From Octopus bimaculoides (lineage: Eukaryota), in contig NC_068986.1 of assembly GCF_001194135.2 (NCBI RefSeq), positions 91,580,800 through 91,644,799 on the forward strand: a stretch of 64,000 nt of DNA, read 5' to 3'. Below the pieces are notes generated by a model. The model saw only the letters and a list, made by a program, of their open reading frames with translations, ran no database searches and was not told the DNA's origin. Both the position numbers and the translations under genes were made by a program. Shown piece by piece: positions 52,601-61,600 of this stretch; positions within the stretch are counted from its first letter, which is position 1; every line of letters starts with the position of its first letter.

Positions 52601-55600
52601 ATACACTGTTCACTTTCCTGACTTTTGTACTAATTCTATGTACTATACATGCACCTTTGATGAGTATACCTGAGCACTATACACAATAATTTCATTATTA
52701 TTATAAAATCACAAGTACAACAAAGCTCTTTCTCTGCATTCCATTATATTTCTCTAATAGTCAACATAAGCACAAGGCATTTGAGGATTTGGGGGTATAA
52801 TTGATTTAACCAAGTCCAATATTCATAAGTATTTATTGTATTGGTGATGCCAATGATATTTGAACCTAGGAATGTATTGGGACATAAACATAGTAAAGTA
52901 TTTTGTCTGATGTCTACCCAGTCTTCTAATCTAATGAAACAAAGAGAATTAATGACAAATTTGATATCTTACTTTGTCTGTTGGTTCACCATGTAATAGA
53001 GCTGGCTGTGTTGCATAAGTTACTGCAATCAAATAAAACAAAACATTGAGCGTACAGTTGGGTTCAGTCATATAATTAAAGAAAGAAAAAAATTGCTAAA
53101 AAGAATAAAACTTAATACTCTAAAAGACTAAGATATTAACTAAAAACAAGTTATTTGGTTTAAAATTCAAATGTATGCAGAAAATAATTGAAAAATTAAA
53201 AGAAAAGCAAAACAAAGTAAAGTAAAAAGAAAGCTTTTGGAAGAGAAAAAATGGTTTTCTGTTTGATTCAATACAAATGCATACAAACCTAAAAGTGGGA
53301 CGTTTTGTGTATACTCTCCTTTCACAAAAGGACAAGATGTTGAATGTCTTTCGTGTTCAGACCTGGAAATAAATAGATATATATATATATATATACATAC
53401 ATACATACACACACATTATATATACATATGGGCAAGATGGTGAGATGATGTGAAAGTGGTTTCTATGGCACTGACGTAGATCTGACCACCTCCATTAAGA
53501 GAGACAAAACCCAGATTTAAAATGTTGGTTGATGATGATACACACACACAATCACACATCACACACACACACACACACACAGAAGAGAGAAGGAGAGAGG
53601 TAGACAGAAAAGTTAATCAAAAACATAAATGACAAAATAACACACAAAGTGAACATTATAACAATTTATCAAAGAACAACTTGAACCCCAATCTCTAAGT
53701 TACTAGCTAAAATTTATAAAATATATCTCTAATCTGTTTATTGAAATTAAAAATACAAACAAATGGTGTAAACTTGTTTGTTAAATTACAAGATTTGTGG
53801 TGTGGCTAAGTTGCTGGAATACAGAACACAAGATCATTTACAGGTTATGCTGCAGTCCTTGTATTAAAAAACCTTTCTCCACCTTCAATGCACACACACG
53901 TTTCACTACTCTGCTCACTCTATGTTATCTAATACAACTCTTTATTCCATAGTTCAGTGGTTATTATCTGAACAGAGCTGATGTATGCCTAGACAACTCT
54001 AGCAGCTCTTGCTATATACATCAAGTATATCATGGTACTTGCAGACACAGATATACAACTATTCAGCAACTATATCAATCATTTTGTAATTTATATATTT
54101 CTATCAGTTTTCATGTTATACTAAAGCTCATAGGGAAAGTAAAAGACATTACATTCTCTTCCAGGTTTCTTTGAATAAGATCCACACTTGATGGTGAAAG
54201 ACTGCATAATCAGTTTTAACATGGGAACTAATACTCACCAGGAACTAAACTCATACCAGAATCAGACCCCATAATACAAAAAGCCAAGATGATCAATAGG
54301 ATCTCACATACACTCAAAACTAGAATCTGGCAGTCAACTGGCCATCTTTAAAAGGCAAGATCAACAGACAAAAAAGACCTTAAGCTCTAGTACTATAGTG
54401 GCTTCTTGTAGAATTTCACAAACTTACACTGGTCTGGTTTCTCCTTACCACAGTTAGCCACAGCTACACCTACTTTTGGTTCCCCTTTACAAATCATTGA
54501 GCAAAATATGAAGATCAGGCCTTCTCCTCTAGGTGTGAAAATGCAATTTACTGTAAAATTAATTCTTGATTTTTTTTTTTTTTTTTTTGCTACAGTTGCT
54601 AACAATTACCACTTTTTGGTAGCATTCAGTACACTATCATATACTTGATTTAACTAAAATCATGCCATTAGCCCACTTTTTGTAATTATGCAACTTGCAG
54701 ACAAAAATCTTTGTATTGCTTTTTTACATTTGTTAAAATCTTTGTGCACTGATCAGAGCAGGGTTAAGAAAACTATGATTGCTCGATAAGATTTAAAAAG
54801 ACCAAAACACGTAAATAGCTATTAATTTGCCAACTAACAAAGATAAGGTTTTTTTTTTCTGTAAGCATATAAATTCAATTTTCTGTGAAACTGATTCTTA
54901 ATTCCTTGAAATTATCTTTCCATTTTTCTTGAGAGTTGCTAGCAATTACTATCAGGGTTTTGTTTCTTTTCCCCAACTAAGGGGCATATTTCAATCCACT
55001 GTGAATTTTAGCATATATCATTGAATACATCGTTGCCTAACTAAAAGAACTAGCAAAGACTCAACACTGCACAGCCACAACAATAAATAAAAAGCCATCA
55101 ACTCCTTGGCCAGTAATCCAACACTCTTCATTACCAGCTAATATTCTACTTTTAGTTATAAACCCTTTGGTATTCAAATTACTCTGTCAAATGTAATATT
55201 TGTTTATTCATATTGTTTTAAATCAATCATGCATTATCTTGTAGTTTAGAGATTGCGATGATGTGATTGTTACATTTTTTTTGTACATTCTGTTAATTAC
55301 ATATAAATATCTACTGTCTTTTTACAATTGAGTCTCCAGAAATTCTACCTTGTATTATACAGTTCTTCATTCACTTCAAGATTTTTTGGCTGGGTAGGGT
55401 ACCGATAGTATAAGCTATTCCCAATAATTGATCATGAATCATCATCATCATCATCGTCGTTTAACGTCCGCTTTCCATGCTAGCAATTTGTTTTCAAGAG
55501 ATTTACACTACTACTACATTCGAAAAAATCCATTACACTGCACTCACTGTTCCTCTTCTCCCATACATCGATAGATTATTTACATTTTGGAATGACATTG

Positions 55601-58600
55601 TAGGGTTGTGGTTAGGTCAGATCCGGCCAGTTTAAAAAAAAAAAAAAAAAAAAGGTTAAATATTTTGGCCCAATATGGTCAGTTTAAATGCTAAAGGGTT
55701 AAACTGTAACTCATATTGCTCAAAATTACAAAACAGAGATATAAATAGATCTTGCATTGGATTTGACAATGAATATGCCAGTTGTTTGATCAGTGAAACA
55801 ACCTCATAGTATTATAATACTATATAAATGGCTGAGTATTCCACTATATGGCAAGTCTGGCTCTTTGAATTACAGGTAAAGTCAATCTTGTATCTCTACA
55901 TTTTCTGTCAATACAATTTCATAAGGCTTGGCTTGTTTCAAGGCTTGAGTTCTACCATAGCAGAAGACACTTGTCCACGATACTGTACAGTGGGACTGAA
56001 CCCATAACTTTATGATTATAAACTGAACTTAAGAAGTTCAGTTTGTTGATTATAGTGCATGCATGGTTGAATACTTAAGTATTCAACCATGCATGCACTA
56101 TAATCAGTGTAATCAGATAAGCAGATAGCCTTGTCCTATAATAATATTACGGTCTACTACAATACAAAACTACATTCTTTTTACCTTAATCAAACTGACT
56201 TAGAAATCTGTGGTTTAACTACAGTTGGGTAGACTGTATTTTGGGATACAAAAAGACATGGAAGAAAAGAGTCTGTGGTGTAATACAAGTCTCTTGATGA
56301 GGTTAACTTAGAAGAAAATATTCACAAAGGATAGGTTTAATAGTATGAAACAATGCTAGCTTATATTATTTGTTTGATACTAGCCAATAGAAAGACATGA
56401 GGTTAAAATTTGAAATCAGAACATAGATGTTGAAAATAAATACTGCAAATAACTTATCTATTTGTCATAAACTGTACAAGTAATTGGTTGTGGTTTCTGA
56501 CACCCACCTCTTACTAACAAGATACTAATCTTCTGACCATTAATTTTTACAACTACGAATAGCAGAGAAGAGGTTTGAAATTAATTTGCTGAACTGAATC
56601 CAAAAGTATAGTTCTGTGTGGCATAACAGTTCTTACAAAAAAAAAAAAAAATCATGCAATGTAACCAGATATTTGCTATAAGAATAACTATCAATCCAAG
56701 TAAAATGCAAAGCCAAGATGATGATGATGAAATAGATCCCTAATCATCATTTTAGGAAGTTGGTGAGAGTCATCATAATTAATAATGAGTAGTCAATTAT
56801 TACCAAGGTTCATCTGTGGGCTCCCAGCAGACAAGACACACGTTGCAGGTGAAACACATTGCACGATCATCCCCAATAGAATTGGGTTGGTGATAGAATC
56901 CAGCTTGTGCCATAGGATCTGGTAGGGCCCATCTGAAAAATAGAAGGCAATTTTCTAATTAAGACAAAAGATTTTATTTAAATAATTGCCCTGAGAAGAG
57001 AAAAACACATACAAAAAGAAAAAACACTTGAAATAAATTGCAAAAATAAAATGAAGAATCAAATTAGATGCCACTAGTTCACATATTATCCAGATATTCT
57101 TTTATTCTTTTACTTGTTTCAGTCATTTGACAGCAGCCATGCTGGAGCTCTGCCTTTTAGTCGAATAAATCAACCCCAAGATTTATTCTTTGTAAGCCTA
57201 GTACTTATTCTATCGGACTCTTTTGCTGAACCGCTAAGTTAGGGAGACATAAACACACCAACCTTGGTTGTCAAGTGATGGTGGGTGGGGCAAACACAAA
57301 CACACAAATATATACATATATTTATATGCGACAGGCTTTTTTTCAGTTTCCGTCTACCAAATCCACTCACAAAGCTTTGGTCAGCCCAAGGCTCTAATAG
57401 AAGACACTTGCCCAAGGTACCACACAGTGGGACTGAACCCGGAAGCATGTGGTTGGTAAACAAGCTACTTGCTACACAGCCACTCCATATCAGAAATTTT
57501 CACAAAAACTTTAAAATAATCACAATCCCCACTGAAAATAAATACAGATGTCTAAGATGCGATTACTCAACAAGTCTATGCAATAGTACATATTTACTGT
57601 GTTTTCATCCATTAATCTATACTTATATTTCTCTTTTTTTTTTAATGGAAAGATGCCCTTCCAACTCAACTGCTAACCTCTTAACTCTTAACTTCCTTTT
57701 ATTAGTAAGGTAAGATTTGAACTTATGACTGATCATCAATCTAGTATCTTAACCTTAGAGACTGGTCACCCATATTCACATGCTACAAAAAAAAAATCCA
57801 CCACAAAACTGGAAAAAAAAAAAACCCAGCTTTATTACAAAGCATAAAACATGGGTCGGTTTAAATCATTGAAGTCAGCCTTCTTGTATTTAGGAAAATA
57901 GACACAAGAATGATTTTTCATGAGATTGATGAAACCCTTAACAGTTATAAAATCTAGCTGCTTACAGTAATGGATTGTACCACTAAATGGTATCCGTTTA
58001 CAGCCAGGTGTACTGAGTATTGGCCTTCAGTACATCACAACACTAGTATATGGTCTAGAAACAGCACAGAAATGAGCAAACTGAGACTTGATCTGATGCC
58101 AACAAATAGCAACATATTTTTGTGGGTGGGAGTGGTTACTATTTTTACATACTTTCCCATGCTTTGATGGATGCGATGGCTTCTAGTTGGAGTAATTAGT
58201 TTTAGAGGATGACATGGCTGTGCGGCTAAGAGGTTTGTTTCACAACCACATGATTTTGGGTTCAGTCTCACTGCGCAACACCTAGAGTAAATGTCTTTTA
58301 CTATAGCCCTGAGCCAATCCATAGAACATACAATTTAAAAGAAATAAATTGCAGAAAGTCCATTGTATATTTTTGTGTGTGTGTATGTGTGGAGGGAAGG
58401 TGAGGAAGGGGTAGACTCAGAAAGATGTGGGATAAATTGGTGAGAAAGGATCTTCAGATGTTGGGCCTCACAGTGGGGATGACAAGGTACCAAAACTTCT
58501 GGCGGTTTGCTGTGCTTTGAGAAGACATGTTAAGCTAAGTAAAATCGTGGTTATCTTTGCATACAGGTATGTCCCCTTCATCCTTCTTCAGCTGAGCAAT

Positions 58601-61600
58601 CCTAACCTTGCAGGCTCATGGGTGCTGGTGCCATGTGAAAAGCACCCATGCCAGTGCCACAGAGGAGCATCCATCCTTGTGCCAAATAAAAGCACCCGGT
58701 ACACTATGTTAGGAAGGTCATCTAGCTGTAGAAGCCATACCAAAACAGACATGGAGCTTGGGCAGCTCTTCAGTTGGCCAGCTCCTGTCAAATGTCCAGC
58801 CCATGCCAGCATGGAAAACGGACATTAAATGGTGATGATGATAGGCATATAAAATAAACATACAATGGGCTTACTGCAATGTCCACTGATTAAATGTCTT
58901 ATGTGTGGGTGTGCGCGCGTGTGTGTGTGTTGTGAATATATATTCTGCACTTGTCAACACTGTGGAGGCACAATGGCCCAGTGGTTAGGGCAGCAAACTC
59001 GCAGTCAGAGGATCGCAGTTTCGATTCCCAGACTGGGCGTTGTGTGTGTTTATTGAGCGAAAACACCTAAAGCTCCACGAGGCTCCGGCAAGGGGTGGTC
59101 GCGACCCGTTATACTCTTTCGCCCCAACTTTCTCCCTGTTTCTTGAGTAACGCTGTGATGAACTGGCGTCCCGTCCAGCTGGTGGGGGGAACACATACGC
59201 CATAGAAACCGGGAAACTAGGCCCATGAGCCTGGCTAAGCTTTAAAAGGGCGAAAAAGAAAAGACTTGTCGACACTAGGGTGTTGATGTTGGCATTCCTT
59301 GGTGATATTATATGGTCATTCTCAATGAAAAACCGGTACGGGTTGGCAACAGGAAGAGCATTCAGCTGTAAAATTCTTCCCCAAATAATCTCCATCCAAA
59401 TCCATGCTAGTATAGAAATATGTACATCAAATCAACCATTCAACCGTGGAATGTGCTTTATTCAAAGTTTAGAGACAAAAGGGAAAAAAATACCAGTTTA
59501 GAAACCATTATTGAAGTGTAACTCTTTAACTTACTTGTAATTCATGTGAGGCCACTTGCCAAATGTTTCCCGCCGTGCAGCTTCACTGTACATAAGAGAT
59601 CGTTCCACTGGGCCAGAGCCGATTTCTGGTAGACTACTGGGCAGCAAGTAGCTTAACCTGTTACTGATGGCAGCAGCAATAGATAGACCTGGACGGTGTT
59701 GGTTAAGCCTCTTCATTTCTGCTACCACATTACTGCATACGGTCTTCAGAGCACAATGAGGGAGCTGGATGCACACAGTGGCCCACTGTTGAAGAACAAA
59801 CCGTATGTTGTTGAAATGTGTAAATACTGATGCACAACGTATTGACATAAATAAATAATTGTTCAGTTTAGCTCAATAAGACTGGCAAAAGATTTCTCGC
59901 AGCTGCTGATTATGCTACCAGAAATGATAAAAATTACACACATGTGCAGTTAGAGGATATATTTTCACAAGCATAAAAACTTAATATTTACTGAAAATTA
60001 AGACTCACTACAAGCACAGAGTCATGTTTAAATAATTTTGTTGATGGTAACTTTAGAGTTTTGTCAAACTATGCATGTCTAAGATATCAAAATGTATACA
60101 AAAAATAATTCCAATTTTAATGTAAACCATTTACCCCTTTATTAGATACAACTGGGAAAAGAGAATATGTAAAAGCTATATGTATCCTCCTTCATTAATT
60201 TTTAAAATACATGTCCTGGTTTTTCTACCAAGAGTGCCACTGAGAAATATAACAATTTTAAATGCAATACTTAGAATAAATGAGAACGAGGAAAAAAGTT
60301 AAGAGTGCAGAAAAATTATAAAGAATACAAAAATAACCTTTATTAAAACCAGCACTTAGGAAGTGATTTAATATTCCTGAAACTATCAGAAACAAACCGT
60401 CTATGTGTTCAAGACAATGTTATTCTGGTCAATGATGTAACAATATTTAAACCCCTAAATACAACAAACATTAATTAACCCACAGAGTTAGGCTTATACT
60501 AAGTTGCTAAGTTATGCAGTAAAAGAATGAAGTTGGAAAACTTGAGGTGAGGGTAGGAGGGAAACAGTTGTAAGACATTTCAAACAACTTCAATTATATT
60601 GAGGTGTTTTTCTGATGTAGTCTAGTTCATACTCCGAGTCAAACCTAATTGTGTCAAAACCTGTGATCAAAGGTATTTGAGCTATAACAATCTCATTTTC
60701 TTCCCAAATATATCAGACTACAACTACCCAATGTTTATCCTTTTTTTTTTTTTATTTATTCTTTATTAAATGGTACAGAATTGTTTGAGGGAGAATTGGT
60801 TGCTATTTCTACCAAGTCAAACAATATACTGAAGAAAGAAAAGTGAAAGTGAAAACGGCAGAGAAAATAGTGAACTGAAGTCTGGACAAAATAGCTGAGA
60901 AAACTTAAAATATACTAAAATAAAGTAACTAAGAAAAATATATTACTCTACTCTAAAGACTGTGAATAAATAATTTAAAAAATTACAAATAATGTAAATA
61001 CTAACATGGGTCCAACCCATGCCAGCATGGAAAACAGACATTAAAGGATGATGATGAAATACTGAATCAGATAGTGTTTAATCAAATTGTCATCAACTGT
61101 ATCCCAGGTATCAGTCTTCAGAATTACAATACCTTCCCATAATTGATTAGATTCATTCACAAAACTTGCAGAAAAATTGCCTTCTGGGTAGTTTCCTGCT
61201 AGTTACTATACAATGATTACTCATTTGATTCCCAATTTATGTGATTTCTCTGATGTTATTACTAATTTACCTTTGTATCCTTTATCTAAAAGTACTCACT
61301 CAGTAAATTTAGGGCATAACTACATAAGTGCACCCCATCAGCTGTTTCCTCAAAAGTTTCTGAAAAATGGATATTTGCAGATGAAATTTTCTGCAGATAC
61401 ATTCCAGATTGTGCAGATTACATTGGAATTTGTTGTGAAAAACATTTTCAGAGGTGGGGAAAGGAGTTTTGGATAAGTCACATGCTTCAAATTTTGTTTC
61501 CTCATAACTTTCAGATTGTGTAGATTATGATTATATTGGAATTTAGTGAAGGGGAAAAAATTTGGAGGATTGATATTTCATACATCTTGAGAGTTTCCTC

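Noticed and set aside
53439-53490. C/D-box snoRNA-like motif (ATGATG...CTGA...CTGA with a ggtg/cacc stem)
   Set aside because: It is antisense to the host gene, only ~50 nt long, flanked by microsatellites, and has no recognisable rRNA guide.
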